Of a stretch of DNA of 64,000 nt, positions 29,990-39,826 are shown one piece after another. The DNA lies in assembly GCA_963789955.1 (NCBI GenBank), contig CAWBMV010000037.1, forward strand, positions 128,001 through 192,000, in the 5' to 3' direction. This DNA is from an uncultured Candidatus Rokubacteria bacterium (GTDB taxonomy: Bacteria > Methylomirabilota > Methylomirabilia > Rokubacteriales > CSP1-6). The notes under the pieces are model-generated. The model was not told where the DNA came from and did not search any database. It was given only the letters and a program-made list of their open reading frames with translations. A program made the translations under genes and the position numbers. Position 1 is the first letter of the stretch; each line of letters begins with the position of its first letter.

Positions 29990-31552
29990 ATGGAAGCGAT
30001 CTCGGACCTGCTGGACCGCCGAGCGCGCGACGACTCGGCGAAACCGTTCTGCGTGTTCGACGGCTCAGTGGTCTCTTTCGGTGAGCTCCAGCAGCGAGTG
30101 AACAGTCTGGCTACAGGCTTCGCCGCCCTCGGCATCCGCTCCGGCGACCGCGTCGCGGTCATGCTCGCGAATCACCCCGAGCACCTCGTGGTCTTTCTGG
30201 CGCTCGTGAGGCTCGGAGCGACGCAGATCCCCGTCAACGTCCATCTCCGCGGGCTCGGGCTCGAGTACGTCCTGGCGCACTCCGAGGCGCGGGTCGTTGT
30301 GGCCGACGAGTGCTTTGCTCCGCTACTAGTCGCGCTGCTGCCGAAGAGCTCGATCGGGCTCTCCGTCTGGCGAGGCACGCCAACGCCGGCCGTCGGGCCG
30401 GCACGCTCGATCAGCCTCCTCGACGTCGCCGCGGCCGGCACGTCCGCCGGGCCGCCGAGCACACCGGATGCCGACCGCATCGTGTCGATCACCTACACCT
30501 CGGGCACGACCGGGCCGCCCAAAGGCGTCATGCTCGGCGAGAAGCCCTACTTGATGGCCGGCCATGTGGCCGGGCAGCTTGCCGCAGTTCGTGCGGGCGA
30601 CGTGATGCTCACGTGGGAGCCGCTCTATCACATCGGAGGTAGTCAGGTGATCGTCACCTGCCTCCAGCACGGCGTGTTGATGGCGCTGCTCGAGCGATTC
30701 AGCGCGTCCTCGTTCTGGGATGAGGCGCGGCGCTATCGGGCGACCCAGATGCACTACCTCGGCGGCGTACTCGGCCTGCTTCTCAAGCAACCGCCGCGGC
30801 CCGACGATCGGGAACACGCCGTGCGCATCGCATGGGGCGGCGGCGCCCCCGCGCATCTCTGGGAGCCCTTCGAGCGCCGGTTTGGCGCTCGCATTCATGA
30901 ATGCTACGGCATGACCGAAGCCGCGAGCTTCAGCACGATCAATCTCGCAGGACGCGTGGGCTCGATCGGCCGCCCGGTCCCGCACTTCGAGGTGAAGATC
31001 CTCACCGAGGACGGACGGCCGGCCGCGACCCACGAGACGGGACAGATCGTCGTGCGCGAGCGGGAGCCCGGGCTCCTCATGAAGGGATACTTCAAGGACC
31101 CCGAGCGCACGGCCGAGACCTTGCGCGACGGCTGGCTCTACACCGGCGACTTCGGCGCGACTGACGCCGACGGCTTTCTCTATTTCGCCGGCCGGCGGCG
31201 CGACCGCCTGCGGCGCCGCGGCGAGAACGTCTCGGCATGGGAGATCGAGCAGGTGGTCTCGATGCACGCCGACGTCGAGGCGTGCGCCGCGATCGGCGTG
31301 TCGTCCGACGTGGGCGACGAGGACATCAAGGTGTTCGTGAAGCCGGTCGGCGGAAAGCGGATCGAGCCCCTGGATCTCATTCGCTGGTGCGAGCAGCACC
31401 TCGCCTACTTCCAGATCCCGCGCTACATCGAGCTGGTCGACGCGTTCCCGCTGACGCCCACCGAGCGAATCCGCAAGGACCAGCTCTCGCCGTCGATCAC
31501 GTCGTGCTTCGATCTCGAGCACTCCGGTTACCGAGCCCGGCGCTCGAAGTAG
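29990..31552 (+). CDS. Crotonobetaine/carnitine-CoA ligase-like acyl-CoA synthetase
   Basis: Motifs YTSGTTGPPKG, YGMTE and RRRGENVS. Confidence 0.85.
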   Translation: MEAISDLLDRRARDDSAKPFCVFDGSVVSFGELQQRVNSLATGFAALGIRSGDRVAVMLANHPEHLVVFLALVRLGATQIPVNVHLRGLGLEYVLAHSEARVVVADECFAPLLVALLPKSSIGLSVWRGTPTPAVGPARSISLLDVAAAGTSAGPPSTPDADRIVSITYTSGTTGPPKGVMLGEKPYLMAGHVAGQLAAVRAGDVMLTWEPLYHIGGSQVIVTCLQHGVLMALLERFSASSFWDEARRYRATQMHYLGGVLGLLLKQPPRPDDREHAVRIAWGGGAPAHLWEPFERRFGARIHECYGMTEAASFSTINLAGRVGSIGRPVPHFEVKILTEDGRPAATHETGQIVVREREPGLLMKGYFKDPERTAETLRDGWLYTGDFGATDADGFLYFAGRRRDRLRRRGENVSAWEIEQVVSMHADVEACAAIGVSSDVGDEDIKVFVKPVGGKRIEPLDLIRWCEQHLAYFQIPRYIELVDAFPLTPTERIRKDQLSPSITSCFDLEHSGYRARRSK

Positions 31553-31647
31553 CCAGACCCGCCCCGGAGCGTATTGACGCTGATCCTCCGGCCGCATAGC
31601 ATGAGGGCCGCTCGGCTCCGTACCCAGCCCTTCGGTGGAGGATCACG

Positions 31648-32853
31648 ATGACACGAGCTCGGAATGCTCTGCTGGCAGCTCTCCTGGTGGTCGGGCTCAC
31701 CACGCCGGCTCTGGCCCAGAAGCCCGTAAAGATCGGCGTCCTCACGCCGCTCTCGCCGCCCGGAGACGCGGCTGCCGGACAGTTCATCGTCCGCGGCGCC
31801 AAGATGGGCGCGGAGGAAGTAAATGCGCGCGGCGGCGTCCTCGGCGGGCGGAAGATCGAGCTGGTCATCGAGGACGACTCCGGCACGCCGGAGAAGGGCG
31901 CGGCCGGCTTTCGCAAGCTCGCGTCTCAGGACCAGGCGGTCGCCGTCGTCGGTCAATTCCACAGCTCGGTGATGACGGCCGTGCAGGTCCTCGCCGAACA
32001 GTTCAAGGTCCCGGTGTTCTCCACCCAGGCCTCGGCGCGTCAGGTCACGGAGAAGCACCTGAACTTCACGTTCCGCACGCACGTGATCGATCCCGATCGC
32101 TGCGTAATGTGGACGCGCTGGGCCAAGGAGCGCGGCTTCAAGCGGGTCGCGCTGATCACGGAGAACACCGACTACGGCGTGGGCCTGGTCGACGAGACCA
32201 AGAAGGCGTTCGCGTCGCTGTACCCGGGCGCTGAGCTCAAGACGATCATCTTCGACCGCGCGGTGGTCGATCTCACGCCGCAGCTCCTCGAGATCAAGAA
32301 CTGGAAGCCGGACGCGCTGTTCAACGGCGGGATCGGCACGCCGACGTACCTGATCGCCAAGCAGGCCTGGGACGTGGGGCTGACGCCGGCGGTGCCCACG
32401 CTCATCTCCTACGACGCGCCGTCGCGGCCGGAGTACTGGAAGAACCTGGGCGAGAAGGGCAACTACGCCTCGTTCATCGTCTACTACCATCCGACGATGC
32501 GCCTGACGACGCGCGGCGAGGCCTTCCGCAAGAAGTACATGGCCGAGTTCAAGGAGGATCCGATCTACGGCGCGCTGAACGGCTACGCTCAGGTCGTCCT
32601 GCTCGCCGACGCGCTCAACGCGGCCAAGAGCGACAACACCGACGCTCTGGTCAAGGCGCTGCTGGCCGGCAAGTTCGAGGGCTGGAACGGCACGATCAGC
32701 TTCACGCACGGCGAGGGCCCGTACTGGCAGCAGTGGTCGCCGCCGATGCTGGTGGTTCAGTACACCAAGCCGGAGATGCCGTTCGCCGATGCGAAGATCG
32801 TCTACCCGGCCGAGCTGAAGACGGGGGAGTGGATGGCAACGCCCAAGCAATAG
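31648..32853 (+). CDS. Liv/HAAT-type ABC substrate-binding protein
   Basis: Signal peptide; motifs VKIGVLTPLS, GGVLGGRKIELVIED and ENTDYG. Confidence 0.88.
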   Translation: MTRARNALLAALLVVGLTTPALAQKPVKIGVLTPLSPPGDAAAGQFIVRGAKMGAEEVNARGGVLGGRKIELVIEDDSGTPEKGAAGFRKLASQDQAVAVVGQFHSSVMTAVQVLAEQFKVPVFSTQASARQVTEKHLNFTFRTHVIDPDRCVMWTRWAKERGFKRVALITENTDYGVGLVDETKKAFASLYPGAELKTIIFDRAVVDLTPQLLEIKNWKPDALFNGGIGTPTYLIAKQAWDVGLTPAVPTLISYDAPSRPEYWKNLGEKGNYASFIVYYHPTMRLTTRGEAFRKKYMAEFKEDPIYGALNGYAQVVLLADALNAAKSDNTDALVKALLAGKFEGWNGTISFTHGEGPYWQQWSPPMLVVQYTKPEMPFADAKIVYPAELKTGEWMATPKQ

Positions 32854-32869
32854 TTGCTGAGCGCCGTCC

Positions 32870-33760
32870 TTGGACGCGCTGCTCCTCTCCCAGTACGTGC
32901 TCTCCGGGCTGGTCATCGGCGTGATCTACAGCCTGATGGCCCTCGGGATCACCTTCATCTACAGCATCATGAAGATGATCAACTGGGGGATGGGCGAGTT
33001 CTACATGATCGGCAGCTACGTGCAGTACGCGCTGATCGTGAACCTGGTTGGCCCCCGTCGCTGGTACCTGGCGCTCCCGCTGGCGATGGGGGCCGTGTTT
33101 CTGCTCGGGCTGGTCGTCCAGCGGTTTCTCCTGCGGCCGATGTTCGTGGGCGGCATCGAGCGCCGCGACGAGTACGCGACAATCATCACGATCGCGTTGA
33201 TGGTCTTCTTCCGCAACCTGGCGATCGTCCTCGGCGGGCCGAACCAGTACGCACCGCCCGACTACGCCCGGCCCGTGACGCTCGGCACGCTACCGATCTC
33301 GGGAAACCGCTTCGTCGCGCTGATCGCGACGCTCGTGCTGCTCGGCCTCTTCTATCTGGTGATCAAGAAGACCTGGATCGGCCGCGCGCTGCGAGGCGCC
33401 GCTCAGAACCGCGTGGGCATCCAGACGGCCGGCATCGACGTTCTCCGGCTGGACATGCTGGCGTTCGGCATCGGCGTGGCTCTCGCGGCCGCGGCCGGCG
33501 CGCTCCTGGCGCCCGACTTCCTCGTCTATCCCGAGAACGGCGCGATCTCGACCTTCAAAGGCTTCGAGATCATCGTCATCGGCGGCCTCGGCTCGATCCT
33601 CGGCAGCATCGTGGGCGGCGTGCTGTTGGGCGTGATCGAAGCGCTCGGCTCCGTTTTCATCTCGGCCGCCTACAAAGACCTCTACGGCTTCCTGCTGCTC
33701 ATCGCGCTGCTCGTCTTTCGTCCCACCGGGCTCTTCGGCGAGCGCGAGCGGAGCGTGTGA
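32870..33760 (+). CDS. Branched-chain amino acid ABC permease (LivH-like)
   Basis: Motifs YSLMALG, GRALR and IGGLGS. Confidence 0.88.
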   Translation: MDALLLSQYVLSGLVIGVIYSLMALGITFIYSIMKMINWGMGEFYMIGSYVQYALIVNLVGPRRWYLALPLAMGAVFLLGLVVQRFLLRPMFVGGIERRDEYATIITIALMVFFRNLAIVLGGPNQYAPPDYARPVTLGTLPISGNRFVALIATLVLLGLFYLVIKKTWIGRALRGAAQNRVGIQTAGIDVLRLDMLAFGIGVALAAAAGALLAPDFLVYPENGAISTFKGFEIIVIGGLGSILGSIVGGVLLGVIEALGSVFISAAYKDLYGFLLLIALLVFRPTGLFGERERSV

Positions 33761-33795
33761 GCCGGCTGATCTTCGTCGAGGGCTTCCCTGGCGGC

Positions 33796-35038
33796 TCAAG
33801 ACCGGCCTGAACGCGGCCGGGAGTCGCTTGATGCCGTGCACGAAGTTGGAGCGGAGCTTCTCGGGCTTGCCCGTTGCTTCGATGTCCGGGAGCCGCCGGA
33901 GCAGCTCGGTCATCATCACGACGACTTCGCGGCGCGCGAGATGCGAGCCGAGGCAGAAGTGCGGGCCCCCGGTCCCGAACCCGCCCTGATGATTCGGCTC
34001 GCGCGTGATGTCGAAGCGGTAGGGATCCTTGAAGTGCGCCTCGTCGCGGTTGGCCGAGATGTACCACATCGCGACCTTGGTGCCCTTGAGCATCTCGACG
34101 CCGCCGAATGTGACGTCGCGCGTGAGCGTCCGGCGCATGTGCATGACCGGGCTGCCCCACCGGACGATCTCCTCAGCCGCGGTGATCGCGTGCCCCTCGA
34201 GATCTTGCAGCCATCGCCGCTTCTCGTCCGGGAACTGGGTGAGCGCCCAGAGCCCGTGGCTGATCGCGTTCCGCGTGGTCTCGTTGCCGGCGGCGATGAG
34301 CAGCAGGATGAACGGCCCGAGATCCTCCGGCGGCAGTGCTTCGCCGTCGAGCTCGGCGTGGACGAGCGTCGTCGCGATGTCTTCCTGCGGGTGCTCCAGG
34401 CGGCTCTTGCCGAGCCAGAGGCCGTAGTCGCGCAGCTCGTGACCCGCTTGCGCCAGTGACTCCTTCGTCCCGCCGTACTCCGGGTCGCCGCCCGCCAGCA
34501 GCCGGTTCGTGAGGTCGAGCACCCGCGGGCGGTCGGCCTCGGGCACCCCGACCATGTCGCAGATGATCGCGACCGGCAGGGCCGCGGACACCTCGGACAC
34601 GAACTCTACCCTGCCCTTGGGCGCGATCGTGTCGAGGATCTCGCGCGCCCGGCGCCGCACTGAATCCTCGGCCTTCGCGACCATGCGGGGCGTGAAGCCG
34701 CGATTCACGATCGAGCGGAGCTTCGTGTGCTTCGGCGGATCGGTGGAGATCATCGATCGAATGCCGATGCGATCCGTGTCCTCCGGATCCGTCAGCACCT
34801 GGATGCCGTAGGCCGAGCTGAACGTCTCCCAGTCGCGCGAGGCGGCGACGATGTCGTCGAAGCGGGTCAGCGACCAGAACCCGCGCCCGGAGTCGGGGTG
34901 CTGATGCCAGGCGATCGGCCGCTCCCGGCGCAGGCGGGCCAGCGCGCCCTCGACGTCGTCCCGGAGCCAGAAGTCGAAGCTCCCCGGATTGATCTCGTCC
35001 AGGGCAAGGCTGGTCGTGGGAGTGGGAACGTCGCTCAT
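33796..35038 (-). CDS. Cytochrome P450 (CYP124/125-like); natural stop probably obscured by an indel
   Basis: Motifs AAGNETT, EEIVR and FGTGGPHFCLG. A TGA lies one base out of frame at 33796-33798. Confidence 0.9.
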
Positions 35039-35094
35039 AGGCCCTCCAATCGAGTACCCCATTCGCTACACTCTGGTCAAGGACGGTACCTGAC

Positions 35095-35289
35095 ATGCGA
35101 GTGGTGGTCGACTACACGCTGTGCGAGAGCAACGCAGTATGCATGCGCCTGGTGCCCGAGGTCTTCGAGGTGCGCGACGATGACCGGCTCTACCTACGGA
35201 CGGAACGCCCGCCCGAAGCTCTGAGAGCCCGGGTGGACGAAGCCGTTCGCCGCTGCCCAAAGCAGGCGCTCTCGCTGATCGACGACTAG
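35095..35289 (+). CDS. 3Fe-4S ferredoxin (P450 partner)
   Basis: 64 aa with CESNAVC...CP; divergent from the P450. Confidence 0.85.
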   Translation: MRVVVDYTLCESNAVCMRLVPEVFEVRDDDRLYLRTERPPEALRARVDEAVRRCPKQALSLIDD

Positions 35290-35306
35290 GGACCGTCGCC
35301 GGACCT

Positions 35307-36141
35307 TCAGCGCATCTTCCACACCGGCTTGCGCTTCTCGCGGAAGGCGCGCGGGCCCTCGGCGCCATCCTCGCTCTCGGCGATCTCCTGATCGAGCTGA
35401 CGCGCGTAGGAGACGAGGGACGGATCGAACGCCGCGGTCAGCCGGTAGAGACGGACCGCGGCCTGCACGGCGAGCGGCGAGCTGTCGCAGATCATCTCCG
35501 CCATCTCCTCGCACGTGGCCATCAGCTTCCCTCGCGGGACCACCTTGTTGACGATGGCCTGGCGGTAGCACTCGTCGGCGGTGAGCTTGCCGTTGCACAA
35601 GGTCAGGTAGGCCGCGGTGGTACGCGGCAGCGCCGCATAGAGGTTGTGCGCCGAGCCCAACCGCCCGACCTTGGTGTGGGTATCGCCGATCTACGCGGTG
35701 TCCGCCATAACGCGAAGCTGGCATTGCAACGCCAGCGACAGACCGACGCCGACCGCGAAGCCATTGATCGCGGCGATCAGCGGCTTCTCCAGATTCGCGT
35801 CGCTCGGCTGGCCGCCGCCGCCCCAGTGGAACAAGCGGGTTGTTGGGATCCTCGTGCGGAGTCCGCTTGCCCTGGGCCTGATACCCGGCCAGGAACTTCA
35901 CGTCGCGGCCGGCGCAGAACGCCTCGCCCGTGCCGGTAACGATCCCGACGTAGATGTTCGGATCGAGGCCGATGTCCCGCCAGCAGGACCGCAGCTCGGC
36001 GTAGGCGTAGCTGTGCAGCGCGTTGCGCACCTCGGGGCGGTTGATCGTCACGAACGCGACGTGCCCCTTCTTCTCGTAGATCACGTGCTCGAGGCTCTTG
36101 GGCATCGTCGAGGGATCGTACGGCGACTCATATCTCGGCAT
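35307..36141 (-). CDS. Enoyl-CoA hydratase/isomerase (frameshifts)
   Basis: Motifs [26 protein letters not shown] and [12 protein letters not shown]. Confidence 0.78.
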
Positions 36142-36190
36142 CGCGAAGCTCCATCAGTAGCAGGTGAGCTGCATCTGGCACGCCGGCCGA

Positions 36191-37165
36191 CTAGTCCGAT
36201 TGTCGCTCAGGCCTGAACACGGGCGCCAGCGCGGGGACACGCGCAACGAGGCGCACGCCAACGGCGCGGAAGATTCCGACCAGGCCGTTGGGGTAGCCGC
36301 GAGCGATGAGGATCACGAGCAGGGCGAAGAGCACCATGCGGACCTCGCCCCAGGCTCGGAGCGCTTCCGAGAGCCCCTCGATGAACACCGCGCCGAGGAT
36401 GGGTCCGGCGAAGGTGCGCAGGCCGCCCACGATCACCATGACGACGATCATGGCCATCTCGTTGAACTTCATCGGCGTCGGCGAGAGCAGGCCCACGTAG
36501 TGGCCCTGGAACCCGCCGGCGACCGCCGCGAAGACGGCGGAGATCGCGAAGACGAACCGTTTCCACCTGAACGTGTCCACGCCCATGACCGAGGCCGCTT
36601 CCTCGTCGTCGCGGATCGCGCGCATGTACGAGCCGATTCGCGAGTCCATCAGCTCGCGCGCGGCGAGGGCCGCCACGATCGCGAGGCCCAGGAAGAGGAA
36701 GTAGTACGGCGTCGGGCGCGGAGTGCCGAACAGGAATGGCGCGGCCAGTCCGAGATCGCCTCGGGTGATCTCGTACTCGACCGTGATCAGGAGCCGCATC
36801 GACTCGGCAAAGGCCCAGGTGGCAAGCGCCAGGTAGATCGCGCGCATCCGCAGGCACAAGGTGCCGAGGCCGTATCCCATCGCGGCGGCCACCACGGCCC
36901 CGGCGGCGATGCCCACGAGGATCGGCACATGCGCGTAGAGCACGAGCAACGCCGAGGTGTAGGCGCCGATACCCGCGAACGTGTGATGAGCCAGCGAGAA
37001 CTGGCCGGTGTAGCCGGCGAGCAGATTCCAGCCGATGGCCAGAATCACGTAGTAGAGGCTGATCACGAGGACGTGCGTGTGATATTCCGAGGCGGCCCAC
37101 GGCACCCAGGCGAGCCCCGCGTACGCGAGCAGGCACCAGCCGAGGCGGCGAACGCGCCGTGACAG
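36191..37165 (-). CDS. Branched-chain amino acid ABC permease (LivM-like); start approximate
   Basis: Motifs GWNLLAGYTGQFSL, AIRDDEEAA and VGG. Confidence 0.85.
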   Translation of the reverse strand: MSRRVRRLGWCLLAYAGLAWVPWAASEYHTHVLVISLYYVILAIGWNLLAGYTGQFSLAHHTFAGIGAYTSALLVLYAHVPILVGIAAGAVVAAAMGYGLGTLCLRMRAIYLALATWAFAESMRLLITVEYEITRGDLGLAAPFLFGTPRPTPYYFLFLGLAIVAALAARELMDSRIGSYMRAIRDDEEAASVMGVDTFRWKRFVFAISAVFAAVAGGFQGHYVGLLSPTPMKFNEMAMIVVMVIVGGLRTFAGPILGAVFIEGLSEALRAWGEVRMVLFALLVILIARGYPNGLVGIFRAVGVRLVARVPALAPVFRPERQSD

Positions 37166-37167
37166 GC

Positions 37168-37890
37168 TCAGGCTCCGAGGAGCGCGTCGCGAATGATCTC
37201 GCGAAGCTGGTCGGCGAAGGCTTGCCGCGGTCCCTCGCGGCCCACCCGGCCCATCTCGAGCATGTAGAGATAGTCGGAGATCTCGACGGCCTTCGTGATG
37301 TTCTGGTCGACCAGCAGGATGGTCACGCCGGCGGCCTGGACCTCGCGAAGCCGCTCGTAGACCTGGTCGGCGATGCGGGGCGCCAGCCCTGCCGAAGGCT
37401 CGTCGACCAGGAGCAGGCTCGGCGCCGTCACCAGCTCCTTCGCGACCGAGAGCATCTTCGCCTCGCCGCCCGAGAGTACCGTGGCGCGGAGCCGGCGCTT
37501 TTCCGCCAGGCGCGGGAACGCCGTATAGGCGCGCTCGAGCATCGCCGCCACCCGCGCGCGATCGCGGCGGAAGATCCACGTCCCGATCTGGAGGTTTTCC
37601 TCGACCGTGAGCTGGGGAAAGATGTTCGCGCTCTGCGGCACGTAGCCGATCCCGAGCCGCTTCAGCGCGTGGGGCGCCAGACTTGCGATGTCGCGTCCGT
37701 CGTAGACGATCCGGCCAGTCCGCGGACGCAGAAAGCCGAAGATCGTCTTGAGCGACGTCGATTTCCCGGCGCCGTTAGCCCCGATGATCCCGGTCACGGT
37801 GCCGCGGGCGACGCCGAGGGTCAGGCCGTTCAGGATGTCGATGCCGTCGACGTACCCCGCGACGACCCGGTCGAGCTCGAGCAGCGCCAC
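37168..37890 (-). CDS. ABC ATP-binding protein (LivF-like)
   Basis: Motifs GANGAGKS, LSGGE and DEPSAGLAP. Confidence 0.9.
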   Translation of the reverse strand: MALLELDRVVAGYVDGIDILNGLTLGVARGTVTGIIGANGAGKSTSLKTIFGFLRPRTGRIVYDGRDIASLAPHALKRLGIGYVPQSANIFPQLTVEENLQIGTWIFRRDRARVAAMLERAYTAFPRLAEKRRLRATVLSGGEAKMLSVAKELVTAPSLLLVDEPSAGLAPRIADQVYERLREVQAAGVTILLVDQNITKAVEISDYLYMLEMGRVGREGPRQAFADQLREIIRDALLGA

Positions 37891-38646
37891 CTAGCGCCCC
37901 AGGTAGGCTTCGAGCACCACGGCGTGGTTGGCGACTTCTTCGAAGGATCCCTCGGCAATGAGCTTGCCCTCGTGCATGACCGACACGCGCCGGCACAGCC
38001 GGCGCAACGTCGCCATTTCGTGCGAGACGATGAGGAACGTCACGCCCTCCGTGCGATTCATCCCAAGGATCGTCTCCATAATCGTGTCCTTGATCGTCGG
38101 GTGCACGCCCGCGAAGGGCTCGTCCATCAAGAACAGGCGGATCGGGTGCACCATGAGGCCGCGCGCAATCTGCAACAGCATGCCCTGCCCGCCCGACAGC
38201 TCCTTGGCCGGCGCGTGGCGATGCCCGTCGAGCGTCACGAGCTCGAGCAGCCGGCGCGCGCGGTCGCGGATCTCCCGCATCGGACGGTGGCCTTCGCGGC
38301 CGAGCTCGGCCAGGGCCGGCAGCAGGACATTCTCCATCACGGTCATGCTGCCGAAGACTTTCGGCGTCTGGAAGGTCCGCGCGACACCGCGCGCGGTGAT
38401 CTCGTGCGGCCGCAGCCGGTCGATGCGCTCACTCGCGAGCCGGATCTCACCCGCGTCGGCGTGGTAGAGCCCCGACATCAAGTTGACGGTGGTCGTCTTG
38501 CCGGAGCCATTGGGCCCGATGAGCCCGCGGATCTCGCCGGAACGAATCGCGAGCGGGAGATCGTCCACCGCGACCAGCCCTCCGAATCGCTTCGTGAGGC
38601 CGCGCGTCTCGAGCAGCCATCCGTTCGAGCCGCCGGCGCCGCTCAC
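37891..38646 (-). CDS. ABC ATP-binding protein (LivG-like)
   Basis: Motifs FGGLVAV, GPNGSGKT, DEPFAG and EAYLG. Confidence 0.9.
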   Translation of the reverse strand: MSGAGGSNGWLLETRGLTKRFGGLVAVDDLPLAIRSGEIRGLIGPNGSGKTTTVNLMSGLYHADAGEIRLASERIDRLRPHEITARGVARTFQTPKVFGSMTVMENVLLPALAELGREGHRPMREIRDRARRLLELVTLDGHRHAPAKELSGGQGMLLQIARGLMVHPIRLFLMDEPFAGVHPTIKDTIMETILGMNRTEGVTFLIVSHEMATLRRLCRRVSVMHEGKLIAEGSFEEVANHAVVLEAYLGR

Positions 38647-39002
38647 TGAAGCGGCTCCCAGAAGCGCTGGATCTCGATCAGGTAGCCGTTCGGGTCCCGG
38701 ACGAAGGCGTTGTAGATGCGATAGGGCGGATTGTCGGCAGGCTCCTTGACGAGCTCCACGCCCTCGCGCTCGAGCTGCGCGCACCACTCGTCGACCCGGT
38801 CGGTCACGAAGGTCAGGGTGATGCCGCGCGGCTCCGCCGGCGCGTCCGCTCGCTGGCAGAAGCCGACATACGCGTTACCGCTGACGTGGTAGATGCGGCA
38901 GCTCCCCTGATCGCGAGCCAGCCGCAGACCGAGAACGCGCTCGTAGAATTCACAGGTGCGCGTGAGATCGCGCGTGTCGAGAAAGGTAATCTGCTGAATC
39001 AG
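38643..39002 (-). CDS. VOC/glyoxalase family protein (absent from the ORF track; no canonical start)
   Basis: Hand translation: LIQQITFLDTRDLTRTCEFYERVLGL...FVRDPNGYLIEIQRFWEPLQ*. Confidence 0.78.
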   Translation of the reverse strand: MIQQITFLDTRDLTRTCEFYERVLGLRLARDQGSCRIYHVSGNAYVGFCQRADAPAEPRGITLTFVTDRVDEWCAQLEREGVELVKEPADNPPYRIYNAFVRDPNGYLIEIQRFWEPLQ

Positions 39003-39006
39003 ATGA

Positions 39007-39741
39007 TTACGCGGGCCGGGGCGCCAGGCCGGCGGCGAGCCCGGCGTGGACCATGTTCACGAGTGACACGATGTCGAACACGACGAGCCCGGTCTCGCGC
39101 TGGATATCCGCGGCGTACGGCGGCATGTTGGTGCACTCCAGCACGATCGCCCCGACGTCGGGATGCTCCGCGACGAGCCGGCGCGCGACGCGCACGTGCT
39201 CCTCGCGCGCGATGTCGACGTCGAGCACCATCTCGTTGTCGAGCATCACGCGGGTGAATTCCTTCTCGGTCTCCATCCCCGCGACGGCGATCGGGATGTC
39301 GCCGATGCCCGCGCCGGCGAAGTGCTCCGGCGTCAACCCGGCCGCGTTGACGGTCATGATGCCGACCCGGCGTCCCGGCCCGAGCAAGCGGTGCACGAGC
39401 GGGACCAGGAGCAGGCTCGACGTGAACACGGGCACGCGGACCGACGCGGCCAGCTCGCGCTGGAACTTCACGAGGAAGCCACAGTTGGTCGTGATCGCGC
39501 CGACCCCCTCGTGCTCGAGCCGCCGCGCGCCGTCGATGAACGCCGGCAAGAGCCCAGCGGCACCACGGCGCACGACCAGATCGGGCGCGGCACCGTCGAC
39601 GCGCTGGTAGCGCACCGGGAACGGGAAGGTCGTCGCGTTGCCCATGTCGCCCGGGATACGCGGAAATTGCGTGTCGAGCATGAGGATGCCGACGGTGAAC
39701 CCGAACTGATTGAAGCCGCCCTGGACTCGGCCGGATGTCAT
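39007..39741 (-). CDS. Asp/Glu/hydantoin racemase superfamily protein
   Basis: Motifs FPRIPGD, TTNCGF and LECTNMPPY. Confidence 0.82.
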   Translation of the reverse strand: MTSGRVQGGFNQFGFTVGILMLDTQFPRIPGDMGNATTFPFPVRYQRVDGAAPDLVVRRGAAGLLPAFIDGARRLEHEGVGAITTNCGFLVKFQRELAASVRVPVFTSSLLLVPLVHRLLGPGRRVGIMTVNAAGLTPEHFAGAGIGDIPIAVAGMETEKEFTRVMLDNEMVLDVDIAREEHVRVARRLVAEHPDVGAIVLECTNMPPYAADIQRETGLVVFDIVSLVNMVHAGLAAGLAPRPA

Positions 39742-39826
39742 GGCCCCATACTCTACCCTGCTTCTTCCTTTCGGGGCCGGGTGAGCTTATCCTCGTCCGG
39801 CGGAGGGCCAGTCGCCCCTGAGCCAG

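Noticed and set aside
33290..35062. P450 with a long C-terminal extension
   Set aside because: The extension is antisense to livH, and a TGA lies one base out of frame at the normal P450 end.
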